A DNA stretch of 59,964 bases from an uncultured Nitrosopumilales archaeon (GTDB taxonomy: Archaea; Thermoproteota; Nitrososphaeria; Nitrososphaerales; UBA57): assembly GCA_964552125.1 (NCBI GenBank), contig CAZKFJ010000001.1, forward strand, positions 1 to 59,964, read 5' to 3'. The notes under the pieces were generated by a model. It was not told the DNA's origin and ran no database searches. It saw only the letters and a program-made list of their open reading frames with translations. Positions 38,808 to 46,793 of the stretch are shown in pieces (the stretch's first letter is position 1; each line of letters starts with the position of its first letter). The position numbers and the translations under genes were made by a program.

Positions 38808-38909
38808 GGCCGCCGGTGGGTTTCGAACCCACGACCTGAACCTATCTGCTTTATTGACCCACAGGGTCCTATGCTACCAACTACACCACGAATTGACTAA
38901 TAATCGGCC
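38808..38909 (-). tRNA. tRNA-His(GUG) with encoded G-1, a 13-nt insertion in the acceptor stem (about 4/5) and a 15-nt canonical intron
   Basis: Spliced model: G-1 + GCCG|TCG pairs with CGGCGGC+C73, giving an 8-bp His-type acceptor. D arm GTGT-AGTTGGTA-GCAT. Anticodon stem GGACC/GGTTC with loop CTGTGG..A. CTGT pairs with intronic GCAG 3 nt before the 3' half. T arm GTGGG-TTCGAAA-CCCAC. 74 + 13 + 15 = 102 nt. An alternative 5' exon copy (GGCCG at 38921-38925) would give a 29-nt insertion. Confidence 0.7.
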
Positions 38910-38970
38910 ACGTGTACAGACGGCCTACCATAAAAAAGTACGAAGATTGATTTAAAGTTGCATGCAAAAA

Positions 38971-40233
38971 TCAATTATTCGTCAATATGTTCAATAATAT
39001 TTCTGTATATACTTGTGATGATTCCACTAATCTTCTTACTTCAATAAACTCGTCAACTGTATGTGCTTGTTTGATAAACCCTGGTCCATAAATTACTGAT
39101 GGTATGTTTCCTTGATTCACTAGAATTGACATATCTGTAGTAGCTTTCATCCCTGATATTATTGGATTCTTATCGATTACTTTGTTTAATGCATTCTTCA
39201 CCTCTTGAACTATCTGTTCGGATTCTGCAACCTCTACAGCTTCTCTAATTGTGTCTATTTTCAAGTCGAATGTTAATCTACCATCTAAACTACGTAGTCT
39301 ATCCAATCTTATTCTTAATTTATCTAATATTTCATCTGTTTTTTCTTCAGGAAGGGTTCTTCTATCTATTGATATTCTACAAGAATCTGCAATCATATTC
39401 TGTTTAGTACCACCATCTATTAAGCCCACATTTATTGATGGATGACCTACTAGATTGTTCTCGACTGTTTCTAATTCCTTACTAATCTCATTAATTTCCA
39501 TTATTAGTTTCATCATGTTTATTATGGCATTGTTGGACTCTGAATTTGATTCACTTGAGTGTTCCAATTTTCCGTAAGTAAAAAGATTAAACCACATTGT
39601 ACCTTTATGCGCTCTGTAAATTTTTTCGTCTGACGGTTCACCCACTACTGCCATGTCTGCTTTTATATTCTCTTCAACTATCTTTTGCGTTCCCAAGCCT
39701 GTTGTTTCTTCAGCCATTACGCCAGTGAATATAATTTTACCATTAAATTTTTTCACATTATTCATGATAAATTTCATAGCGATTATCATTGATGCAATTG
39801 AACCCTTCATGTCCGTCGATCCCCTTCCAAATAATTTGTTATCTTTGATTATTGCAGAATAAGGATCCATACTCCATTTATTAATGTCTCCTATTGGAAC
39901 CGTATCAACATGACCATTAAACATTATAGATTTTCCTACTCCGTCTCCAATTACTTCAGCAATTATGTTAGGTCTGTTTGGCAAAACCTCTTGCAACCGT
40001 ACTTTCATTCCTAACGATTTTAAAAAACTTTCTAGATACTCACAAACCTCTTTCTCTCCTGCGGTTTCATCACTTGGAATTTTTATCAATTCTTGCGCAA
40101 GATTTGTTATTTCTTCTTCTTTAATCTTTGACTTAATATCTGAATCCAAGTCTATATAATTAGTATAAACAGATTTTATAACCGTTGCCGATGTATAGTA
40201 CCCAATGAATAAAACTGCACGATTAATAATCAC
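38971..40233 (-). CDS. M20-family metallopeptidase (ArgE/DapE/LysK-like deacylase)
   Basis: GHVDTVP, GRGSTDMKG and GEPSD blocks are present. The ATG at 40233 overlaps the divergent acyP start by 29 nt, so an in-frame TTG at 40149 is a plausible true start. Confidence 0.8.
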   Translation of the reverse strand: MIINRAVLFIGYYTSATVIKSVYTNYIDLDSDIKSKIKEEEITNLAQELIKIPSDETAGEKEVCEYLESFLKSLGMKVRLQEVLPNRPNIIAEVIGDGVGKSIMFNGHVDTVPIGDINKWSMDPYSAIIKDNKLFGRGSTDMKGSIASMIIAMKFIMNNVKKFNGKIIFTGVMAEETTGLGTQKIVEENIKADMAVVGEPSDEKIYRAHKGTMWFNLFTYGKLEHSSESNSESNNAIINMMKLIMEINEISKELETVENNLVGHPSINVGLIDGGTKQNMIADSCRISIDRRTLPEEKTDEILDKLRIRLDRLRSLDGRLTFDLKIDTIREAVEVAESEQIVQEVKNALNKVIDKNPIISGMKATTDMSILVNQGNIPSVIYGPGFIKQAHTVDEFIEVRRLVESSQVYTEILLNILTNN

Positions 40234-40480
40234 TGGAAAAGTTCAAGGTGTGGGATTTCGTGCATTTGTTAGAAATCGATCTATGAAAAATAATGTTACT
40301 GGATGGGTGAAAAACCAAGATGATGGCAGTGTCGAGGCATTATTTTCAGGTTCCCAGGAAGATATCAATAAATTAATTGAGATAACCCGTCGCGGTACGC
40401 CCTGGAGTAAAGTATCTGACGTTCTTGTCACATATTCTGACGACGACGACAAATATTCCTCATTTGAAATTCTATCTTGA
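40205..40480 (+). CDS. acyP: Acylphosphatase
   Basis: 91 aa with the signature GKVQGVGFRAF and GWVKNQDDGSVE. Confidence 0.85.
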   Translation: MNKTARLIITGKVQGVGFRAFVRNRSMKNNVTGWVKNQDDGSVEALFSGSQEDINKLIEITRRGTPWSKVSDVLVTYSDDDDKYSSFEILS

Positions 40481-41122
40481 TTTCTGACGACTAATTATTC
40501 TTTTTAATAGATTTTTTGTTCGAGAATCTAACAACTTCATATTAATTATGTCAATATCCTCGGGTTCATCTAAATCTAATCTTATTGCATCTTCTAAATA
40601 AATCGAATACTGTAAATTATTATCTTTTATCATTTTTAGATGTGTGAAATAACTATTGCTGTCATATGAAGTTTGTATAATGTCTGGCGGATTTCTGAAT
40701 AACAAATTTGTTCCATCTTCTCTTCTCGAAGGCGTAATAATTACTTGATTATTATCTACTTGTTCAAATAATTTATCCAACACTTGATTATCAATTAATG
40801 GTATGTCTCCTGGAATTACTATTGTTGCATCGAATCCTTCTTTCATGAAATATTCGTTTCCAATTTCTACTGCATCATTCACTCCACTATTGTGACTCTC
40901 TTTCAAGTGTATTATTTTATCATAATTTTCATATTGTAGTATCTCATTTTCTGACGTAACTATCGCTATTCCATTCAAATAACTTGATTTAATTAAAACA
41001 TCACACACGTCAAATAACATACATCTAACAAGTTCTTTCTTCTCTTCTAACGTAAACACCGAAGATAATCTATTCTTACTATGACTAAATTTCTTAACAG
41101 GTATGATTACTCCAATTTTCAT
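40472..41122 (-). CDS. cofC: 2-phospho-L-lactate guanylyltransferase (CofC)
   Basis: 216 aa. N-terminal IIPVKKFSHSKNRLS is typical of CofC. It lies 2 nt downstream of cofD. Confidence 0.7.
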   Translation of the reverse strand: MKIGVIIPVKKFSHSKNRLSSVFTLEEKKELVRCMLFDVCDVLIKSSYLNGIAIVTSENEILQYENYDKIIHLKESHNSGVNDAVEIGNEYFMKEGFDATIVIPGDIPLIDNQVLDKLFEQVDNNQVIITPSRREDGTNLLFRNPPDIIQTSYDSNSYFTHLKMIKDNNLQYSIYLEDAIRLDLDEPEDIDIINMKLLDSRTKNLLKRIISRQKSR

Positions 41123-41124
41123 TT

Positions 41125-42039
41125 TTAAATCTTCATTAATTCCCTTGCTAGTTCTGCCTCTTCTTCTTTCTTTCTCATTAATATGTTCGTTACATGTGGA
41201 ACTTTTTCCATATTCTCTATCTCCTTTTTCTTACCAATATCTGTCCTGTCTATCACAATATCTGTGATAAAATCTTTGTAATATTCCGTTAATCCAGTAA
41301 CTGAAACATCATAATCCTTTGCTTGAAGCATCTTTCCTGCCGGTCCACTAACTGGTTTATTTCGTATTATGGGACTAACTAGGATTTTTTTAGATCGAGT
41401 TTCTTGTAATGCCTCCTTAATTTCTTTAATAAAAATAGTTGGACCGATACTGGATATTGGATTTCCAGGAGAAATTAATATTTTATCTGCTTCCTTGATT
41501 GATTGAATTACATCTTCTGCTGGTTTTGCATTATCTATTCCTTTGTATCTTACATCTAATATTCTAGGTTTTCCTTTATTTTTAACCCAAAATTCTTGTA
41601 GATGCATCTCACCATTATCCGAAATTATTGTCGTTTCAATTCTATCATTCGATGCAGGCATAATATTGTGCCTAATCTTGGAATCTTTGGTAAATATCTT
41701 CGTTATTTCTGCAAGATTTAATCCATTCTTTATCAAATTCGTTCTTTTATTATGTGTCTCCAAATCCTTATCTCCAATTTGAAACCATGATTCTTCCGAA
41801 TTCTCTTTTATCGATTCAAGAAAATTAAATGTATCTCCTTTTATTCCCCACCCTCTTTTTATATCTAGTCTGTTTGACAATCCATATATTGTTGTGTCTA
41901 TGTCTGGACAAATATAATATCCAAATAAATTGATATTGTCTCCTACATTCACAATTACATTGATTTTCTCATTAACAACCGAGTCTAATCCTCTTAATAA
42001 TTTAATTGATCCAGTTCCACCTGTAATTATTGTAATCAT
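41125..42039 (-). CDS. cofD: LPPG:FO 2-phospho-L-lactate transferase (CofD)
   Basis: 304 aa. It has ITGGTGSIKLLRGL and a PGNPISSIGP-type block, characteristic of CofD. Confidence 0.8.
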   Translation of the reverse strand: MITIITGGTGSIKLLRGLDSVVNEKINVIVNVGDNINLFGYYICPDIDTTIYGLSNRLDIKRGWGIKGDTFNFLESIKENSEESWFQIGDKDLETHNKRTNLIKNGLNLAEITKIFTKDSKIRHNIMPASNDRIETTIISDNGEMHLQEFWVKNKGKPRILDVRYKGIDNAKPAEDVIQSIKEADKILISPGNPISSIGPTIFIKEIKEALQETRSKKILVSPIIRNKPVSGPAGKMLQAKDYDVSVTGLTEYYKDFITDIVIDRTDIGKKKEIENMEKVPHVTNILMRKKEEEAELARELMKI

Positions 42040-42059
42040 GTCTGTTTCATTTTGACTGC

Positions 42060-43139
42060 TTACAAATCAGTCCATTTAGTCACTTTCATCGATATTCCTA
42101 TTGCAATTATTCCAATTCCGAAAACAATAGCGCAATTCCACAAAGCCGCTTGATAATTTCCGAAAACCATTATCTCTCTTAATCCATTATTTAGATATGT
42201 TAAAGGAAGAATCTTTGCAAAAAGCTGAACTAATGTCGGCATAGTTTCCAATGGAAAGAATGTTCCTGCTAAGAATAACATAGGAAAGGTAACTACGTTA
42301 CCCGCTGCGTCTGCCTCCTCTTCCTCTCGTACAACTGTGGAAATAATCATGCCTATTCCTGGAAATGTCAATGCTCCAGATATGATGAGTATAATTAATA
42401 ATGGGCTCAGAACTACGTTTATACTAAATACTAATACTGCCACAATTAATATCACGCTAGTAGAAATCATTCCAATTAGTATGTGATATAAAACTAGTCC
42501 AATTATCCATTCAAATTTCGAAAGAGGCGTTGTAGCGAGTTTCTTTATTACCCCATTTTTCCTATATTTGGTATTTGTTCCTATTGTTCCAAATATTCCT
42601 GTTGACATTATTGCTATTCCTATTACGCCAGGCACGAAATATTCTATGAAAGTTAAATCATTCGAAGAAATCTGCTCTTGTATCAAAGTTATAGGTTGTT
42701 CCATTCCTTGTTTTTCCACATTCATTGAATTTATTACTCCATTGATCAATGAATTCGTTCGTGAAAATGTTTGATGCGAATCATCCATGATTAATCTTAT
42801 TGATGTATCTCCTTCCTGAAAATCTAATTCAAAATTTTCTGGAATCACAACCGTCCTAACTTGTTCTTCTATGTTGCCTTCATTTTCTAATATATTGAAT
42901 GAATCAGTTTGATTGATTAACTGGATTATTTCTAATGATGCTTCAGATGGATTACTCTGAATAATGTCATTATTTTCAATATAAAGATCCATCTTATCTG
43001 ATTGAAGTGAGAATAATCCGCCAAATAATAGCATTAAGAGAAGTGGAAATGCTAACGTCCAAAATAATGTTGTTTTATTTCTTTGCCATGCTTTGAAATG
43101 TCCCTTGAACACGGTAAAAATTATTGTTGCAGTTCTCAT
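42060..43139 (-). CDS. ABC-2 type transporter permease
   Basis: 359 aa with an N-terminal transmembrane segment, an extracytoplasmic domain and five C-terminal transmembrane segments. It overlaps the upstream ATPase gene by 4 nt. Confidence 0.75.
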   Translation of the reverse strand: MRTATIIFTVFKGHFKAWQRNKTTLFWTLAFPLLLMLLFGGLFSLQSDKMDLYIENNDIIQSNPSEASLEIIQLINQTDSFNILENEGNIEEQVRTVVIPENFELDFQEGDTSIRLIMDDSHQTFSRTNSLINGVINSMNVEKQGMEQPITLIQEQISSNDLTFIEYFVPGVIGIAIMSTGIFGTIGTNTKYRKNGVIKKLATTPLSKFEWIIGLVLYHILIGMISTSVILIVAVLVFSINVVLSPLLIILIISGALTFPGIGMIISTVVREEEEADAAGNVVTFPMLFLAGTFFPLETMPTLVQLFAKILPLTYLNNGLREIMVFGNYQAALWNCAIVFGIGIIAIGISMKVTKWTDL

Positions 43140-44059
43140 TTTGCTAATCCTTCATCATTGATTCTTCTTCCAGTTAAATTCAAAAATGCTTCATCCAGAT
43201 TGGGTTTTTTTATTTCAATTTCCACATTTGGATCGTCTGTAACCGCAGCAAGTATCTTGAATAACTGATCATTATTATCAAATATTATGTGTATTTGACT
43301 CTCTGTATCAATCTCATATTGAATATTCTTCTTTTCTAATATGTTTCTGTCACAATTCTTCAATATTATTGATTTGTTTCCTCCGTAATTCTCAATTAAT
43401 TCACTCGGAGAACCACTTGCTACTATCTTTCCCTCGATAATGATCAAAATTCTATCTGATAATTCTTGTGCTTCTTCCATATAATGCGTAGTCAAAAATA
43501 TGGTCTTTCCTTGTTGTTTTAACTTTTTTATTAGATTCCAAGTTTCTCGTCTTGCCTGCGGATCTAGCCCTGCTGTCGGTTCATCAAGAAACAATAATTC
43601 TGGTTCATTTATCAATGATATTGCTATCCCCACTCGTTGTTTCATTCCACCTGATAACGTTTTATACATTGAATCAGTTTTTTTTGCTAATCCAATACGG
43701 TCAATCAATTCATCAACTGATATATTGCTATCATATAGATTCCTAAAGTAATCTAGATTTTCTTTTACTGTTAACCAATCAAATGCATTGAAGTTTTGTG
43801 GCATAACTCCAATCTTTCTTTTTATTTCCTTCTGTTTATTTTTGTCCTTTAAATTTATTCCAAATATTTCCACTTTTCCATTATCTGGCGTTTTTAAACA
43901 TTCTATTATTTCTACTGTGGTAGTTTTACCTGCGCCATTTGGACCTAAAAGTGCAAATACTTCTCCCTTATTTACATCAAATGAAATTTCATTCACTGCA
44001 ATAAATTCATCATATGTTTTTGTTAATCCCTCAATGTTAATTACTATATTTTGTTTCAA
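43136..44059 (-). CDS. ABC transporter ATP-binding protein
   Basis: Walker A GPNGAGKTT, signature LSGGMKQRV and Walker B LFLDEPTAGLD. Confidence 0.9.
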   Translation of the reverse strand: MKQNIVINIEGLTKTYDEFIAVNEISFDVNKGEVFALLGPNGAGKTTTVEIIECLKTPDNGKVEIFGINLKDKNKQKEIKRKIGVMPQNFNAFDWLTVKENLDYFRNLYDSNISVDELIDRIGLAKKTDSMYKTLSGGMKQRVGIAISLINEPELLFLDEPTAGLDPQARRETWNLIKKLKQQGKTIFLTTHYMEEAQELSDRILIIIEGKIVASGSPSELIENYGGNKSIILKNCDRNILEKKNIQYEIDTESQIHIIFDNNDQLFKILAAVTDDPNVEIEIKKPNLDEAFLNLTGRRINDEGLAK

Positions 44060-44442
44060 TCTCTAAACCTCTTTTTTACAGCTTTTACTTCTTTTATTTC
44101 TCTATATGCTAACAAACTGAAAAAGGTTAAGAAATATTGTAGAATTGGGATTGTTCTCGCTAATGTAGTTGCATCTCTATAGGCCAGTGCTACAAATATT
44201 GATACTCCTATGCCTACTACGTATCCAATTTTATATCTTTTCAAATAGACAGGCACTAATGCTAATTGTATTATGTATACTGGTAAAATTAACTCATTAG
44301 GTATTCCGTACATGAATGCTCCCCCAACATCTAGAAAAATCAATATTCCACTAAAAAAAAGAAATATTGTTGCTGTTATAACCTTCTGAGAAATGTTATT
44401 GTTGGCAAATATTTGCCTAATAGTTCTATTAATACTACTCAT
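44056..44442 (-). CDS. hypothetical small membrane protein
   Basis: 128 aa with about four hydrophobic helices. It overlaps the downstream ABC ATPase start by 4 nt. Confidence 0.5.
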   Translation of the reverse strand: MSSINRTIRQIFANNNISQKVITATIFLFFSGILIFLDVGGAFMYGIPNELILPVYIIQLALVPVYLKRYKIGYVVGIGVSIFVALAYRDATTLARTIPILQYFLTFFSLLAYREIKEVKAVKKRFRD

Positions 44443-44466
44443 AAATGTTCTTCCTTATTTTCACAT

Positions 44467-44847
44467 TTATGCAGCCTTGTTGGATATCCATTTTCTTGTA
44501 GATGTGTCCCAACGAATTATTGGAAGTTTTGAATTTGCAGGTATTCCCATTGAAGATTTCTTCTTTTTAATTCCATCTGCACTTGCACCTGGATTATCAA
44601 TATTATAATCTAACCATTGTTTCATACAATCGAAACTACAATAACTTGGAGCAAATGTCTTATTTGTTCCCCATACTTCAAACATTTCACCACAATTTTT
44701 ACATTCAGTGTTTCCTTCTTTATTTACTGTACTTGTTTCCTGACTTGATCCTGAAGCAGTAGGTAGTTTCATCTTTTTATAACTGCCTCCCATCTCAGTT
44801 ATCCATTTCCTTGAATCTTGTTCCCATCTAGTTACTGGTAATGCCAT
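44467..44847 (-). CDS. hypothetical protein with central TRASH/YHS-like zinc ribbon flanked by two copies of an RW..RKWI motif
   Basis: 126 aa. CKNCGEMF...(17 aa)...YCSFDC resembles the C-x2-C...C-x3-C TRASH pattern. LPVTRWEQDSRKWITE at the N-terminus and LPIIRWDTSTRKWISN at the C-terminus are an internal repeat. Confidence 0.5.
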   Translation of the reverse strand: MALPVTRWEQDSRKWITEMGGSYKKMKLPTASGSSQETSTVNKEGNTECKNCGEMFEVWGTNKTFAPSYCSFDCMKQWLDYNIDNPGASADGIKKKKSSMGIPANSKLPIIRWDTSTRKWISNKAA

Positions 44848-44893
44848 TATCTCTAACTCTCCATCTCTATAATAAAATATTTCTTTTCATTTC

Positions 44894-45472
44894 CTATTCT
44901 ATGGCCACTATGTGCTTTCCTTCATCATCATCATTATTATCTTTATTTATGATAATCTCTAATATTCCATTATTATACTTTGCACGTGCTGAACTAGATA
45001 TTATTTTACTCTCTAGTGGAATTTCTTTATAATAATTCTTTGAATTTGTCGTCGATACTACTAACTTAGATTCCTTTATTTCTATCTTGATATCTGATTT
45101 TTCTACTCCGGGTATCTCAATCACTACCGCTATTGAATTCTTTCCATCAATCAAATCAATTAATGGCTCTCGTGATTCTGTTACCTCTAAATTCTCATCT
45201 GAATCGGCTTTAATATTTCCAAATTCATTGATTTCTGCTTTACCATTTTCGTCTATGTTAATAGAATATCCATAAATAAATGGTTCAGATCTATCTTGAT
45301 TTTCTGATTCAATCTTGTTTATCATTTTGGCTAAATCAGTGTTCATTTCATGCTCAAAGTCTTCAAAAATCTCGTCAAAACCGTCTAAATCTCTGAATAA
45401 ATCATTGAATAATGGTATGAAGAATGGATATCTACTCTTGATTCTATTGAAAAATTCATCAATATCTGTCAT
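44894..45472 (-). CDS. Small heat-shock protein (Hsp20/alpha-crystallin family)
   Basis: 192 aa. The C-terminal alpha-crystallin domain reads IAVVIEIPGVEKSDIKIEIKESKLVVST...ARAKYNNGILEIII. Confidence 0.8.
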   Translation of the reverse strand: MTDIDEFFNRIKSRYPFFIPLFNDLFRDLDGFDEIFEDFEHEMNTDLAKMINKIESENQDRSEPFIYGYSINIDENGKAEINEFGNIKADSDENLEVTESREPLIDLIDGKNSIAVVIEIPGVEKSDIKIEIKESKLVVSTTNSKNYYKEIPLESKIISSSARAKYNNGILEIIINKDNNDDDEGKHIVAIE

Positions 45473-45565
45473 TTTTATACTATTTTGATATTTCTTTCCT
45501 TTAATAAAATTGTTTGTTATAAATTTATAATCTTAAAAAATTATTTAATTTATTGATATTGTACC

Positions 45566-46258
45566 ATGACCGAACAAGCTAGTATAGAAGAAATAATTAA
45601 AAATTTCCAAAATGGCGAATTTATATTCTTACATGATGATGATTCCCGTGAAAATGAAACTGATATAATGTTAGCAGCAAAACATGTTACACCTCAAAAA
45701 ATCAATCAAATGAGACACCTCGGCGGAGGACTTCTTTGCGTAGCAATTTCTCCGGATATTGGTTCAAAATTAAAATTACCCTATATGTGGGATATTCTTT
45801 TACAAACAAAATCTCCTTCGTTAACTTCTCTTGTTAATACTCAACGTAACAAAAATCAACGCTCTACTCATTCTATCACGTTTAATCATAGAACTCTCGG
45901 AGGTGCTACTGATTCACAACGTTCTGACACAATTTCTTCTCTTCATAAATTATGCGAAAATTATACTGAGAACGAAAACTTCTACGATGATTTTCATTCT
46001 ATGTTTGAATCACCTGGCCATCTACAGATGTTGATTGGTTCTCCTGGTCTTCTCGGTTCTAGAGAAGGACATACAGAACTTAGTCTATTTTTATGCGATA
46101 TTTCTAACTTGACTCCTATTGTAATCATGTGTGAAATATTAGACAACAAAAGATTCAAAGAAAAATCTGTCGCTGATAGCAAATCCCTCGCTAATGAAAA
46201 TAATATCACCTTTATTGAAGCTGGTGCAATTCTAGATCATTATAAAAATAATTATTAA
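45566..46258 (+). CDS. ribB: 3,4-dihydroxy-2-butanone 4-phosphate synthase
   Basis: 230 aa. DDDSRENETDIMLAA and GGGLLCVAI blocks are typical of DHBP synthase. Confidence 0.8.
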   Translation: MTEQASIEEIIKNFQNGEFIFLHDDDSRENETDIMLAAKHVTPQKINQMRHLGGGLLCVAISPDIGSKLKLPYMWDILLQTKSPSLTSLVNTQRNKNQRSTHSITFNHRTLGGATDSQRSDTISSLHKLCENYTENENFYDDFHSMFESPGHLQMLIGSPGLLGSREGHTELSLFLCDISNLTPIVIMCEILDNKRFKEKSVADSKSLANENNITFIEAGAILDHYKNNY

Positions 46259-46403
46259 CGGACCCGGTGAGACTTGAACTCACGACCTCTAACCAAGATT
46301 GTTTCTCAATCTTTACAGCTGTCACCGTGAATTAGGAGGATCGACTATTTTCTGCCGCGCTAATCCAGATTGCACATTATTTCTAATTCTGCGCTACGGG
46401 CCC
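46259..46403 (-). tRNA. Multi-intron tRNA gene, best reading tRNA-Arg(CCU); isotype not secure
   Basis: The secure parts are acceptor GGGCCCG/CGGGTCC with G73, D stem GCGC/GCGC, variable AGGTC and T arm GTGAG-TTCAAGT-CTCAC. The interior closes to a 75-nt cloverleaf only if four insertions are removed: 20 nt in the D loop, 12 nt at about 26/27, 20 nt at 37/38 and 18 nt after position 43. That leaves anticodon arm CGATC-CTCCTAA-GATTG. 75 + 70 = 145 nt. The spliced D loop carries A20 and the anticodon carries C35, both classical Arg determinants. Confidence 0.6.
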
Positions 46404-46454
46404 ATATGAAATTTATCAAATAAACTATAAAAGTTCACAATTCGTAATAATCTT

Positions 46455-46793
46455 GTGAATGATGCATTTCTGGACGAAATTATATCTCTTAATGATGAAT
46501 CATTTCACTTGTCAATTATAAAATATACAAATGGGTATTTTGTTTCTATCTCTGAAGGCAGTAAACATACTCTGGGGTCAATTTCTCTCTCATTAAAACA
46601 ATCAAATCTAGTTAACACTACAATTATCACGCCTAGTAGATTTTCTCCTATGATTCCACAACTCATTAGTGAATTAGCTAGCGAATCATCTAACGGGATT
46701 GGCATGTCTTCAGTTTATCTTACAAAGGACATTAAACCTGAAACTGCCATCAGTCTTATCGAGACAATAAAATCTCATCTAAAAAAACTATAA
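46455..46793 (+). CDS. hypothetical protein
   Basis: 112-aa ORF with a GTG start and no motif I recognise. It overlaps the convergent HD-domain gene by 6 nt. Confidence 0.4.
   Translation: MNDAFLDEIISLNDESFHLSIIKYTNGYFVSISEGSKHTLGSISLSLKQSNLVNTTIITPSRFSPMIPQLISELASESSNGIGMSSVYLTKDIKPETAISLIETIKSHLKKL

Noticed and set aside
46259-46403. Reading the 145-nt tRNA as tRNA-Tyr(GUA), tRNA-Val or a third tRNA-Ala
   Set aside because: Archaeal Tyr tRNAs need C1:G72 and A73, but this one has G1:C72 and G73. The Val loops would need C33 or G32. No TGGCA or TTGCA loop is available for Ala despite G3:U70. Arg(CCU) with a canonical-position intron is the least bad model, but it is still unverified.
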